A stretch of 64,000 bases of DNA from Eledone cirrhosa (taxonomy: Eukaryota). The position numbers were made by a program, and so were the translations under genes. The stretch spans positions 16,678,001 to 16,742,000 of the forward strand of contig OZ024759.1 in NCBI GenBank assembly GCA_964016885.1. The letters run 5' to 3'. Numbering within the stretch: the first letter of the stretch is position 1; every line of letters begins with the position of its first letter. The notes under the pieces were generated by a model. The model saw only the letters and a program-made list of their open reading frames with translations, made no database searches and was not told the DNA's origin. Positions 25,626-38,965 of this stretch are shown piece by piece.

Positions 25626-26603
25626 GTAAGTGATTGTGGTGTTCTCTATCTTATTTCTCTCTCTGACATTTCAAACTGTTAATAATATTAAGTGTTAATG
25701 TCCTGTACCACATGAAACCACATTAGCAGGTTCTTGAAAAAGTTCAAAACAGCTCTATGATTACATCACATTAAATATTAGTCTTTACTCAAATAATTGA
25801 AATTTTCACAAATATCTGTTGACTAGTAAAGATACTATAAGTAATTGAATTAACAAACCTGCTTTTAGATATTTTCTGCTGAATCACTACAGTACGTTAA
25901 GAGTTAACAACCTTACATACGCAACATTTATCATCATCATCATCATCACCATCATTTTACGTCCATTGCTCCACGTTTGCATGGGTTAGATGGGTACAGC
26001 ATCTATGTTTCTTTGTCATCTCTTCTGTGAGCTTTAGTGATCTGAGATCAGCTCTCACCACTTCCGTCCAGGTCTTCCCCGGTCTTCCTCTACTGTGGCG
26101 ACCTTCTAGTGGGATTATTTGGCACTTCTTCACCCAGTAATCATCATCCATGCACATCACATGTCTATTCCAACACAGTTTCCTCTCCTGCACACTTAGA
26201 AAAAAATAACTGCATCATATTACATAATAAAGTATGGACGTAAAACGGTGATGACTTTAATACTGTAAATTTTTACAACAAAATATCAACTAGTAAATAT
26301 ACTATAATTATCATTACAGGATGTTAAGATTTAACTAACAACCTTGTGTATCATATTACATATTAAAGTCTTTACTCTTAATACTGTAAATTTTCACAAC
26401 AATCTGTCCACTAGCAAAAATACTGTAATATTTGAATTAACAAAGCCGTTTTTATACGCTTTCTGTTAAACCATTACAGGACATTTAAGATTTAACAACC
26501 TTGCATAAGTATTATTATTTTTAGAAAAAAAGTAATTGCATCATCATTACAAGATTTAATGTATGAAACTGTTTAATTTTGTGTTTGTTTTGCTTTATTG
26601 CAG

Positions 26604-26763
26604 AAAGTAACAGTCGGGAATGACGGTTCTTGGAGTTCAGCCATTGCAGAACATATTAGACACAATGATAAATCTCTTCTTGAAACTTGTGATCGTTTAG
26701 TTGCTAGTTATGAACAGGAAATGCTGCCCTGTGAATCTATCATGGAGTTCTTTGATGTCTTTG
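26604..26763 (+). CDS. UBR4: UBR4 coding exon (KVTVGNDGSWSSAIAEHIRHND...FFDVF)
   Basis: WS..AE.IRHND; AG/GT bounded. Confidence 0.94.
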
Positions 26764-27689
26764 GTAAGAGACTATCTTGTTCTTCTTTTCTCTTCCTTCA
26801 CCTAGCCATCAGTTATAAGTACCGTGATTTCCTTCACTTATCTACAACCTCCCATCAGTAACAACAATGGAGTTAAAGGCAAGCGAGGCACTGCCCCCTG
26901 CAGCAGATACAAACTATGGAGTGTAGAAATGCCTAAACAGAGTTAAGATCTGGTGTTGGACGTGCAAAAGTCACTCTTGCAAAATGGGGATATTTAAAGG
27001 ATGGGGACATTGTATGTGACTGCGGCATCGAACCACACACTATGCAGCACCTCCTGATATGCCCCCTACTGGAACACCCCTGCATAGCATTGGACTTGGC
27101 AGACTTTAATGAGAAAGGATAGCAACGTGTTCAGCTGTGGCGGAACCACATCTAGCCAAGCTTTGTAACTGACACTGTTGTGGATATGACAAGAAGGAAG
27201 GACCTGTATGCCAGTTATAAATACTGTGATACTAAAAATAACTAGCTCTTTTCTCTTCCTTCACATATCCACCGGTACACACAGTGGAGTGCAGGTTCAT
27301 ATGTCAGGCCTTTAGCCCTCAGCCAACCTGGGGGTCAGAAGCTCTGTGACATGTCCAACCCATGCTAGCAGAGTTAACAGACATTAAACAATGATATATT
27401 AGAGCAGTTGATTAGTAGAATAGTTAAAGCATTGGATAAAATACTTTGCAGTATTTGTTCCTGGCTCTTTGCATTCTGAGTTCAAATCTTGCCAAGGTCA
27501 ACTTTGCCTTTCATCCTTTCAGTCGATAAAATAAAAGTACCAGTAAAGTACTGTGGTCAATTGAATTGAATCCAGCCCACACACCCCACCCCCACACACA
27601 AAATTGCTGTCCTACCTATGTTAGAAATAATTATTACCTATTTTAAACGAAATTTAAAATTCTAGTTTCTAAATATATATTTATTTATA

Positions 27690-28344
27690 ACCAGCCTGAA
27701 TTCTCTCATCCCTTTCTCTTCAAACTGGCCATAACTGGCCGTTCATACTGATGTTACAGTATTGTTCTTAACATAAATAATATCAAAATCTCATAGAATC
27801 GATATTATGTGAGGTAAAATCTTTACTGTGAAAATACAATAGTATATATAGAGTAATGTAAATGTTATGTGAGATATTATGTGAGGTAAAGCCTTAACCA
27901 TGAAAATACAATAGTATATGTAGAGTAATGTAAATGTTATGTGACTTAAAACCTTTACTGTGAAAATGCAATAGTATATATAGAGTAATGTAATTGTTAT
28001 GTGAGATATTATGTGAGGTAAAACCTTTACTGTGAAAATACAATAGTATATATAGAGTAGTGTAAATATTATGTGAGGTAAAACCTTTACCATGAAAATA
28101 CAATAGTATATGTAGAGTAATGTAAATGTTATGTGAGATATTATGTAAGGTAAAACTTTTACTGTGAAAATGCAATAGTATATATAGAGTAATGTAAATG
28201 TTATGTGAAGTAAAACCTTTACTGTGAAAATACAATAGTATATATAGAGTAATGTAAATGTTATGTGAGATATTATGTGAGGTAAAACCTTTACTGTGAA
28301 AATACAATAGTATATGTAGAGTAATGTAAATGCTAAAGGGTTAA
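27690..28344 (-). mobile_element. TTAA MITE with internal tandem amplification of a 60-72 bp segment
   Basis: MITE body, then about 8 copies of aaacctttactgtgaaaatacaatagtatatatagagtaatgtaaatgttatgtga, then intact TIR aaatgctaaagggttaa. Confidence 0.85.
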
Positions 28345-28389
28345 ACGATGATGATTATTATTATATGCTGTTTTTATTTGTACTTGCAG

Positions 28390-28481
28390 GTCTCTTAGAA
28401 GATGTACCCAACCCTGAACAGTTCTTCACAAATCTTCTGTCTTCTTTTACCTCTAACAGATCTTCAACAACATCCCATTAA
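28390..28481 (+). CDS. UBR4: UBR4 terminal coding exon (GLLEDVPKPEQFFTNLLSSFTSNRSSTTSH*)
   Basis: tgcag acceptor; GLL....PE.F aligns with UBR4 C-terminus; TAA stop. Confidence 0.92.
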
Positions 28482-28562
28482 ATGTCTCCTTGTTTCTTTC
28501 TTTGGGAGAAAACCATTTTGGGATCATTTCTGACATCTTTTGACACATTGCCTAACTTGTAC

Positions 28563-28568
28563 AATAAA
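28563..28568 (+). promoter_or_regulatory. candidate polyadenylation signal AATAAA for UBR4
   Basis: first AATAAA about 80 nt after the stop, followed by T/GT-rich sequence. Confidence 0.4.
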
Positions 28569-29234
28569 CAGTACTATAAACACAATAACTTCTATGTTTA
28601 AATTATGTTGTCTATTTTGTATGTTTGCCCTCCTGCTAAGTTTTAACCCCTTCTGTTACCATATTTCTAATGGAAGACACTGCCTGTGATTTTTCAAATC
28701 ATTTTAGAAAGTAGTCAAGTATTTGAAGGGATTTAGTAATATGACAACTTTTCCATTATTAATCTGGGTGTTTGGAAAATAAGTTAACAAAGGTTCTGAC
28801 ATAAAATTATGATGGAAGGTTTTAGATAAATATATATACTTTAACCCCTTCTGTTAGCATATTTTTAATGAAAGACACTACCTATGATTTTTCAAACCAT
28901 TTTAGAAAGTAAAAAATTTGGAAGGTTTTAGTAATATAACTAACATTTCCATTACTAAGCTGGTGTTTGGCTCATAGTATAACAAAGATTCTTATATAAA
29001 ACTATGATGGAAGGTTTTCAGATATTTATAAACAGTTTTATATAGAAAAACAAGGGGAATGTTCAGGCAGTTTGGTATCAAAAGGGTTAATAATTTGTTC
29101 ATCATTGTAGGGATATTATTACTCTCTGTAAAGTTGACTGCTTTATGATTGATCTTGGCTGTGATTACATAGGAAGAAGTTATTACTGATTAGCTAACTT
29201 AACTTAATACTTATATTTGATGTGCACTTAGCTT

Positions 29235-29740
29235 GCCCTTATTAAAACACCCCAAAAAATCCTATGAGATACAACATCATAGGAGGCCAACTTAATCTAC
29301 ATAGGTATGAGCTGTAACAACAATATGGTACGACATGACAGGAGCTTCTCTCATTAAAACGCCCAAGAAACCTATGAGATGCAACCTTGTAGAAGGCCAG
29401 CTAAACCTACATATGTGTGAGCTGTAACAGCAACATGATAGGACTGGGGCCTCATTAAAACACCCAAGAAACCTCCTATGAGATGCAATCCCATAGGAGG
29501 CCAGCTAAACCTACATAGATGTGAGCTGTAACATATGATATGTCTGGAGCTCCTACCATTAAAACATCTGAGAAACCTATGAGATGTTATCTCGTAGGAG
29601 GCCAGCTAAACCTACATAGATGTGAGCTGTAACATATGATATGTCTGGAGCTCCTACCATTAAAACATCTGAGAAACCTCCTATGAGATGTTATCCCATA
29701 GGAGGCCAGCTAAACCTACATAGATGTGTGCTGTAACAGC
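29235..29740. repeat. degenerate tandem repeat of 90-110 bp units with internal hairpin; related copies at about 6010-6135, 19030-19300, 34390-34450
   Basis: cattaaaacacccaagaaacctcctatgagat...ataggaggccagctaaacctacatag. Confidence 0.8.
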
Positions 29741-30284
29741 AGCAACAACTTACATTGGTCTTTGTTTGGAGAGGGTTTTGGTTGTGATTATGTAAGTAAT
29801 ATGGATGTTAGATTTCTAAGGGTGGGATATGTTCTCTTAAATAATATTTCCTTAGTAAGATGGAAGGATTGACAGAATGGGTAGAGCATTGGAGAAAATA
29901 CTTCACGGCATTTCGTTACAGGCATTTTACATTTTTTAGTTCAAATCCCTCCAGGGTCAACCTTAGATTTTATCCTTCCTAGGAATGGTGGGATCAATTA
30001 AATAGAACATTAGTCAAGTCACCACCACCAAAACAAAAAAATAAACATTTTGCTGGCGTTGTGCTTAAAATAAGAAACCAGTATTATTAGAGTTACGGCC
30101 CTTTATGTTCTGAGTTAAAGTACCAGTAATGCACTAGGGTCGATTTAATCGACTTTCCCCTCTCCCCAAATTGCTGGCCTTGTGCTTAAAGAAGAAATCA
30201 TTATTAGATATGGTTTTGTTTTGTTTTGTTTTTAGGCTAAATTATTTACAGTTAAAATAATTTATTGAAATATCAGTTTATTTA

Positions 30285-30320
<36 letters not shown>

Positions 30321-30736
30321 TTGCTCCAACCATAAAGAAGAAGAAAGTTCTTTTCTCTTTTTAGATGTGATATTTAAATAAAAAAACACTGTAAGATTGC
30401 TACTCTTGAATATAATAATATTATTATTATTATTGATGGTGGATTGGCAGTATCGGTAGAGCTTTGCAGCATAGTTATGGCCCTTTACGTTCTGAGTTCA
30501 AATCCTGCTGAGGTTAACTTTGCTTTTCATCCTTACGGGGGTCGATAAAATAAAGTACCAGTAATGCACTGGGGGTCGATTTAATCGACTTTCCCCTCTC
30601 CAAAAATTGTTGGCTTTGTGCCTAAATCAGAAATCATTATTATTGGCTCAATCGGTGAAGAATTTCCCGGACTGTCTGTTGAAGGTTCTACGTGTTGCTT
30701 TGATTATTGATGCCTAATATTTCTTCTACCTCCACA

Positions 30737-30771
<35 letters not shown>

Positions 30772-32901
30772 AAAGACATTTCTTCATCAGTTTGGATTCA
30801 GTGTTCTTGTCATCAAACCAATGGAGCTTCTATATCCGAAAATTAATTTCAGAATGAAGCACTAAAATATTTTTGCTTGATTAATTAAAACATATTTCAA
30901 AAACAAACAATAATTCTATTGTTGGTGTTTACAAAACCTGTTGTTTGTATTTTTTTTTTTTTTTTCAGTTTTGTTTTGTTTTGTTTGATGGGGTGGGGGA
31001 GTAATGTTGAGAGAAAGTGAAAGACAAACAATGAATTGCAACGGATGATGGGGAATGCTGTGAAGAGAAATGGTGCGAGATGGCTTGGTCATGTGTTGAG
31101 GAAGGGTGAAAGTGACTGAGTGAGAGGAGTGATGGAAATAGAACCAGTGATGGATGTTGTGAAGCGAAATAGTGAGAGATGGGATGAAAGTGACTGGGTG
31201 AGAGGATTCATGGGAATGGTGTCATTGATGAATGTTGTGAAGAGAAATGGAGATGGCTGGATAATATGTTGAGGAAGGATGAAAGTGACTGGGTGAGAGG
31301 AAGAAAGCCAATCTTGTCATATGACATATGCACAAAGGTTAGAGAGACTGATTGAGATTGGTGAGCGAGACTAAGGCATCATTTGTAGTATTATAGATTG
31401 TGTGCAGGCCAATGGAATAACTTCTGAGGGAGAAAACATCTGAAAGTGAGAGGAATAGGAGCAGTGATGGATGTTGGAATGAGATGGTTGGGTCATGTGT
31501 TGAGGAAGGATAACATATGGGTGAGAGGAATAGAGGGAGTGGGGAATGATGTGAAGCGAAATGGAATGAGTTGGTTGGCTGAGAGGAGTGGTGGATGTTG
31601 TGAAATGGCTGGGTCATGTATTAACCCTTTAGCATTTAAACTGGCCATATCCGGCCAGAATTCTTTCACCACTTTCTGTTCAAATCAGCTGTAACTGGCA
31701 ACTCATACTGATGTTACAGTATTGTTCTCAAAATAAATATCAAAATCTCATAGATTCAATATTATTTGAGATAATGCCCTTACCACAAAATTATAATTAT
31801 ATATGTAGAGTAATGTAAATGCTAAGGGGTTAAGGAAGAAAGAAAGTGACTGGGTGACCAAAGAAAACCTGGAGATCCACCCTAGAAGATGACCTGTGCA
31901 CAAGTGTGGCACAAGCTGGTTTTATGCACCTACCCTTGCCAAAGACTGAGAAAGATGTGAGAACATAATGAACTGTTGTGAGGCTGGAAGAACCAGATGA
32001 CAGAATGATGTAATACAATGAACAATGTAAGCAATCACTAAGGTCTTTTGAAACTAAATCATGGATTGCACCACCAATGTATTACTGAGAACAATCACTT
32101 CTGATAGACAGACAGCACTTCTTCAAGAGCAATAGCAATGGAGGACTCAACCATACTGCCAACTGGAGAAATGCGACCACTACCACTTATTCTACACCAG
32201 CCATTTGCCCTTGTGAGCAAAGAAACTAGGACACGTGATGTTGTTAAATATAATCAGTGACCCTATACTAGGTTTATCGTTTCTATAGACATGTATTGCT
32301 GGAGTTCATCATCATCATCATCATCGTTTAACGTCTATCTTCCACACTAGCATGGGTTGGACGGAAAAGTACCCAGTCTAACCTTTTAGTTGCTCGTTTT
32401 GTTGCCGCAATAAAAAGCACTCTGGCGACACTGTAAACATGGTTGGCCAAAGAAAGGGCATCCAGCCGTAGAAACCAAGCTAGAAACAGTTCTGTATGAA
32501 CAGGACACGAACGTCTGACCTAACTTGTTTCACAATGGGACAAGTCGTCTAACCCATGCTAGCATGGAAAATGGACGTTAAACAGTGATGATGATGATGA
32601 TATATATATATATTGTGTGTGTGTGTGTGTCGATCTGTGTCGGTGTATATTCCGTAATTTAGTTTATCGATGTCTTCTTGTTGAATTGCTAAGTCTTGAA
32701 AACAAATTATATATTGGACATGATATCGATATAATGATCGACTAAATCACGTCAAGGAGTTGCTCCTGCATGGCCGTAGTCTATTGACTGATATCAGTCA
32801 GTGTGTGTGTGTAGATGCATGTGGTGGCGTATATGTGTGTATGTATCTGTGTGTGTGTATTAGAGTGAACCGTAAAACTGAATGAATTAACACTGATGCT
32901 T

Positions 32902-32925
32902 CGCGCATGCGCAATATCACACGTG
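32902..32925 (+). promoter_or_regulatory. NRF-1/EWG palindrome (CGCGCATGCGCA) and E-box (CACGTG) upstream of ZNHIT6
   Basis: exact YGCGCAYGCGCR match at 32902-32913 and CACGTG at 32920-32925, about 240 bp before the ATG, in CpG-poor DNA. Confidence 0.6.
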
Positions 32926-33152
32926 GAAACACTCTCCATTAATATAAACAGTCTCTCACAACATATATACTGTGTATATACATCTCCGTATATTCCTATA
33001 TATATATTTTCACATACACATAAGTACATATATATATTCACATACACATACTATATACATATATTATGTTTGTCTAAACAGTGATGTCGCAATAAGTTTT
33101 ATGAAGATTTTTGCTGCCACACACTATAATATCTGCTGGTTAGCTTGACATT

Positions 33153-33172
33153 ATGTCGTCGCCGATTGCAAG
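33153..33172 (+). CDS. ZNHIT6: ZNHIT6 exon 1 (MSSPIAS)
   Basis: ATG followed by AG/gtaaat donor; phase 2 fits the next exon; close to promoter motifs. Confidence 0.65.
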
Positions 33173-33576
33173 GTAAATTGATTGAATTATGTATATAAGG
33201 GTTTGTTTTTGTTATATTTTCTGACATTAAATGTTTCGCTATTTTCATTACACCCGTCTATGACATTCTCGGGGAATGGAACAACTACAGAACACGAGTC
33301 ATTTACGACGGTTTTGAAGACCATAATTCGACCCAAATATAAAAAATTATAAGAAAAATCTAATATCTCATCGTCAAAATTCTAACCAAATCTATCAACT
33401 AACTAACTACCCATCAATATATATATATATAAAAGTAAACGAGATATCGTTTTGGGCTTCCTATACCGAGGAGTGTTTCAGCTTACGGTGATAGTTTACT
33501 ACGGTAGGTTGATCGAAGGGTAGGTGCTGGAATAAACTCTATTATATCGCTTCTCTGTGTTAATCCTCTTTTTACC

Positions 33577-33608
<32 letters not shown>

Positions 33609-34039
33609 TATAAGTAAAGTCTCTACCTACATGAAATCGTTTCTCTCACTATTAACGCATAAGTTTTTGGTTGGTGTCCTAGTGATGCTGGCTTAAAGCA
33701 TTCAGTGAGTGACAACGATCGGAGATACACTGGTTCCTCCGATGACTTCGTTTCAATATTATATATATTTTCCTTTCATCCTTATGGGGTCGATAAAATA
33801 AAGTACCAGTAATGTACTGGGTAATTGCTGGCCTTGTGCCAAAAGTAGAAACAAATATATATATACATAACCAAAGATTAATATGGTTCATTGATTACTC
33901 AATGAATATAGTTTTCTGGAGTTATTAATATTATTCAAAATATTAATAAATGAAGACATTCACATAATCAAAATATATATATTAATACTGGAATTGAACC
34001 ATCAAGACAGTTGAGGTATGTCATACATCAATTCATATA

Positions 34040-34101
34040 TTTTATCTGACGAGGATGTACTGAAAAAACAGCACAGTACCTTCGAAATATATATAATAAA
34101 A
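34040..34101 (+). ncRNA. type I minimal hammerhead ribozyme (Penelope-like element type), apparently intact
   Basis: TTTTAT-CTGACGA-stem II (9 of 10 pairs, G-C at base)-GAAA-T-ATAT-ATA-ATAAAA; stem I 6 bp; predicted cleavage after 34095. Confidence 0.75.
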
Positions 34102-35527
34102 CATTTTGATTATGTGAATGTCTTCATTTATTAATATTTTGAATAATATATATATGATATGATTTTAAAGATCTCAGAGACGGGGTAATATAAACATTTA
34201 CCAATTTAATCTATACCTTACTCATTCCAATTGGTTTTATTGTTAAAAGAAAAGAATATATTGGTAATATGTTCGAAGAAATGTTGGGATTGTGTTATTT
34301 TACTTTGCTTTCGTATTTCCGCGGTGTCAGTAAAAATAAAATAGGATTCAGATATTAGGGCTTTCTATGGTAGAAATCAAACACAGTGGGCTGAATCTCA
34401 TAGGAGGTCTATAGGATGTTTAGTTTTAATGATAGGGGCCCTAGTCATATCATTCTCTGTGTGTTCATATACAATACACAGACCATCACTACGTAGGACA
34501 ACGTGCGAGAACACTCTTCAATAATACACAGATCACTACCTACATCACTACCGGCGATGCACATGGTGTGTGGCCTAGGTTATTCCAGTGCCTTAGCCTC
34601 GCCATCATCTGGCCTTACCGAGGTATCGGGTGACGGTCCTTGGTTGTTCCAATGTCTTAGCCTCACTATCACCCGGCCATACCGAGGTATCCGGCGATAC
34701 GCCCGGTGAGGATGTTTGGTCGTTCTAGCGCCTTAGCCTCGCCATCACCTACAGTAATGCTGCCAGTGTGTTGGCTTACCTCAAAAGGTATTAGAGGGAG
34801 GCTACAGTGCCCCTTGTCGTGTGTAACCCCGGTTGACACATAACTTAGTGTTGAATTAATATTTTCTTTCGTTTTGATTCTATTTATATGTGAAATATTT
34901 ATGTAATTTAGTATAATATATCTACCTCCAGACATAGCTAGCGATAATGTTTATTTGAGTTTGTGGACGTAAAATAGTAAATTACCGTATATCTATATCT
35001 ATATAGAGAACAAAGAAAGTGTGGTAAGTAACCAGGTGGACCATAACGCACCAGAGTACCCCGATACTTCGGGTAGTAGAGTGGGTAATAGGAAAATAGT
35101 CAGGACCCCGACGGCTGAGCTCCGGCCGTTTCGTCAGCTAGATCCGAACTAACCAAGCAGTATTAGGACGGCGCCGAACTAACTCGGGAGTATTCGGACG
35201 GCTGTACCCCTTGATAAGTTCAGCTTGATCCCTGCCGCCCTAATACTGCTGGGGTAATACGGATGTAGCTGTCAAAACGGCCGGAGCTCAGCCGTTGGGG
35301 TCCTGACTCTTTTCATATATATATGTGTGTGTATATATACACTTTGTTTTTTAATTTGTTTTGCAAGATTTCTTATCTGGAAACGTGTGTTGAAACATAT
35401 TGTTATACTTTGGGAGGGTCATGCTGCCAATAAAAACACACACACCTGTTGGTTTTCACTTCAATTTATTATAAATTTCCGGTTGGTTGGTTGGTTGGTT
35501 CGATAACCGGATGGTTGTTTATATATT

Positions 35528-35570
35528 GTCAAAGCTCTTTCATCACACATTCTGTGACCTCCTCAGTGAC
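35528..35570 (-). ncRNA. minimal hammerhead motif
   Basis: minus strand GTCA-CTGAGGA-g-GTCACA gaatg TGTGAT-GAAAGAGCTT-TGAC. Confidence 0.6.
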
Positions 35571-35602
35571 TGGGTTTTTAACATATTTTTGTGTTTTTTT
35601 AG

Positions 35603-35787
35603 TGAAATTGCCAAATGTGATGTTTGCCAGAAGGAACCATTTAAATATAAATGTCCTTGCTGTGCAAAGAAAACCTGTTCATTGAGCTGTGTTAAACAAC
35701 ATAAAGAAGACACTGGTTGTTCTGGTGTTCGAAATAAAGCTGCTTTTGTTGCTCTTGATGATTTTAAAGATTTGAATCTTTTAAATG
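35603..35787 (+). CDS. ZNHIT6: ZNHIT6 exon 2, HIT zinc finger
   Basis: CDVCQKEPFKYKCPCCAKKTCSLSCVKQHKEDTGCSGVRNK. Confidence 0.95.
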
Positions 35788-36896
35788 GTAAGTAGAATAA
35801 CCCTTTTAGACTAGAGACTCATGTGGTGCAGTCATACTACTGTTTATACTGTTCACGAATGTCCTGCTTATGTGTTAACCCATTAGCATTTAAACCAGCC
35901 ATATCTAGCCAGAATTCTCTCACCTCTCTCTGTTCAAACCAGCTGTAACCGGCCGCTCATATTGATGTTAAGGTATTGTTCTCAAAATAGATAACATCAA
36001 AATCTCGTAGCTTCGATATTATGTGAGATAAATCCTTTACCATGAAAATACAATAGTAAATATAGAGTAATGTAAATGCTAAAGTGTTAAAGCACATGAA
36101 GACATTCATTTTTAATCTAGTTTTGTACTTGCTAATGTGGTACAAGATGTTAAGAGTTAATATTTTATAAAATACAGCCATAGCGCTGTTTTGTTTCTAA
36201 GAATGGCTAATGTGGTTTTATATGCTATTGGATGTTAAGACATGAATTTTTAATGTCATGTAGTCATAGCGCTGTTTTCTACTTTCTAAGAATGTCCTGC
36301 TAATGTGGTTTAGGACATTAAAATATCACTGTATTTCCCAGCATAGAAAATAAGTCTCAAAAATCTACCATGCGTCCTGGAGGCTGAAGGTTGTTTATTA
36401 TTTCTTTTCAAATAGGGCGGTGGAGAGTCGGACGCCATGCTTTCCAGCATAGTTACGTCCCTTTACAATCTGAGTTCAAATCCCGCCGAGGTTGACTTTG
36501 CCTTTCATCTTTACGGGGTTGATAAAATAAGTACCAGTAATGCACTGGGTAATTGCTGGCCTTGTGCCTAAAGTAGAAACAATTATTTCTTTTCAAATTT
36601 TTGGTTGTCAAAATTAGGGTGCGTCCTCGAGAAGGAAGCGCCTTCGACGATGGGAAATACGGTAATGTTTTGTAGTCACAGCGCTGTTTTCTACTTTCTA
36701 AGAATATCCTGCTTATGTGGTTCAGGACGTTAAGATATTAATTTTTAATGCAATGGAGTCATAGTGTTGTTTTGTACTTTTTAAGAATGTCCTGTTAATG
36801 TGGTTTCATGTGGTTCAGGACGTTAAAAGTTAACGTTTCTTTGCTCTATAACTGAAGTAAATTTAATTTTCTAATCTCTTGTGTTTGTTTTTTCAG

Positions 36897-36979
36897 ATTA
36901 TCGTCTGCTCGAAGATGCTGCCCGTGTTGCTCACTCATGCAAACGGGATCCACTGTTGAAAAATAGAAAGTCTCGATCT
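36897..36979 (+). CDS. ZNHIT6: ZNHIT6 exon 3 (DYRLLEDAAR...)
   Basis: DY.LLED motif; AG/gtgagt. Confidence 0.92.
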
Positions 36980-37069
36980 GTGAGTTAAGTTTCAACCCTC
37001 GTTAGAATTTATACAGTAATTAAGAAAACTAGTAATTACATTTGATTTAGTTGTCTGGTTACACTGGAG

Positions 37070-38000
37070 ACATGACAAAAAAGCACCGGGTCCAACTTGT
37101 AAGGTTTGTCATGTTGGTGACACAAGGAAAGAGCACCCTATATGGTGGTTATGCTGGTAATATGACAAAAAAGCACCCAGTCCACCCTGTAAGGTGGTCA
37201 TGTTGGTGACACAAGGAAAGAGCACCCTATATGGTGGTTATGCTGGTGATATGACAAAAAAGCACCGGGTCCAACTTGTAAGGTGGTCATGTTGGTGACA
37301 CAAGGAAAGAGCACTCTATATGGTGGTTGTGCTGGTGATATGACAAAAAAAGCACCCTGTCCACCCTGTAAGGTGGTCATGTTGGTGACACAAGGAAAGA
37401 GCACCCTATATGATGGTTATGCTGGTGATATGACAAAAAAAGCACCCTGTCCACCCTGTAAGGTGGTCATGTTGGTGACACAAGGAAAGAGCACCCTATA
37501 TGATGGTTATGCTGGTGATATGACAAAAAAGCACCCTGTCCACCCTGTAAGGTGGTCATGTTGGTGACACAAGGAAAGAGCACCCTATATGATGGTTATG
37601 CTGGTGATATGACAAAAAAGCACCCAGTCCACCCTGTAAGGTGGTCATGTTGGTGACACAAAGAAAGAGCACTCTATATGGTGGTTGTGCTGGTGACATG
37701 ACAAAAAGCACCCAGTCCACTCTGCACAGTGGTCCGGCTGGAGACATGATTAAATGCACCGGGTCTGCTCTGTAAGGTGGTTATGTTGGTGACATGACAA
37801 AAAGCACCTGGTCCATCCTGTAAGGTGGCCGTGTTGGTTACACAAGGAAAGAGAGCTCAGTGCACCCTGTAAGGTGGTTGTACTGATGGTATGACAAAAT
37901 GCACCCAGTCTACTCTGTATGGTGGTTGTGTGAGTGACATGACATAAAGCATCCAGTCCACTCTGTAAGATGGTTATGTTGGTGACGTGACAAAAAGCAC
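37070..38000. repeat. minisatellite, about 88-bp dimeric unit
   Basis: gacaaaaaagcaccc.gtccaccctgtaaggtggtcatgttggtgacacaaggaaagagcaccctatatg repeated. Confidence 0.9.
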
Positions 38001-38134
38001 TCAGAACTTAAAGGGTTGTAACTCTATGTGACAAATCATGTTCTGATGCTCTACTGATCCTACTTCTAATCTACCGCCATTTTCAGAAACAACAGCAACA
38101 ACATTTATTGATTATGTTAAACATTATTTTGTAG

Positions 38135-38238
38135 TTGTTATGGCTTACAAAGGAGGCTCATAAGCGACACATTCGTCTGAAATATCTTCCCTACCATATG
38201 GACCGTCGGAAACATAACACAAGTATATTCAATTTTAA
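38135..38238 (+). CDS. ZNHIT6: ZNHIT6 exon 4 (LLWLTKEAHKRHIRLKYLP...RRKHNTS)
   Basis: I.LK.LP....R..N.S pattern of BCD1 family; AG/GT bounded. Confidence 0.88.
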
Positions 38239-38539
38239 GTAAGTATTTCATTATTCTAGACAGTATGCTCCCACACCTCCCACTGTAAAGTCATGTAGGT
38301 GCCACGATAAAAAGCACCCAGCACTCACTGTAAATGAGGTTGGTGTTAGGAAGAGCATCCAGCTGTAGAAATCAAGCCAAAATCAGTTCTGTATGTGGAA
38401 AACCTAGTCACCGGACCTGGCATTGCCCACACAGGACAACTCGTTTAACCCATGCTAGAGTGGAAGAATGGATGTAATACGGTGATGATGATGATCTTCA
38501 TCATCTTGCCAACAACAACCCTGAGCACCTTTTGAATTC

Positions 38540-38965
38540 CATGTGTCTAACACCCATGGGCATGCCTTACAAAGTCAGAAAACAGCACAGCTCCCATGAC
38601 TTTCAAAGACATTTTTTCACGCTCAGAGCTGCTGAAGCATGAAACAAACTAGCTGCATCAGTTGTTAGCTGTCGGGACACTGCATCCTTCAAAAGTTCCA
38701 TGGTTCTTGAAATTTGCCAACACTACACCTGATAATCCATCGTGGAACAAACTACCTTCATCAGTTGTTAGCTGCATATACACTGCATCCTTTAAAACTT
38801 CCATGCCTCCTGACACTCATCAACACTACACCTGATATTCCCCCTCCATACACATACACACATGTATATCATGACTCATACACTGTTCGCTTTTCTGACA
38901 TTTATACATTATTCTATGTACTATACATGTACCTGAGCACTGTACACAATAGTTTTCATTATTCA
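38540..38965 (+). mobile_element. CR1-clade LINE 3' fragment; inverted copies at about 46910-47155 and 57235-57500
   Basis: translation RHFFTLRAAEA*NKL.ASVVSC.DTASFK resembles the CR1 ORF2 C-terminus. Confidence 0.65.

Noticed and set aside
34585-34755. GC-rich triplicated motif with GGCTAAG and CCTCGG on the minus strand, reminiscent of HDV-like ribozymes
   Set aside because: I could not build the P1/P2/P3 nested pseudoknot by eye; treated as an unclassified internal repeat.
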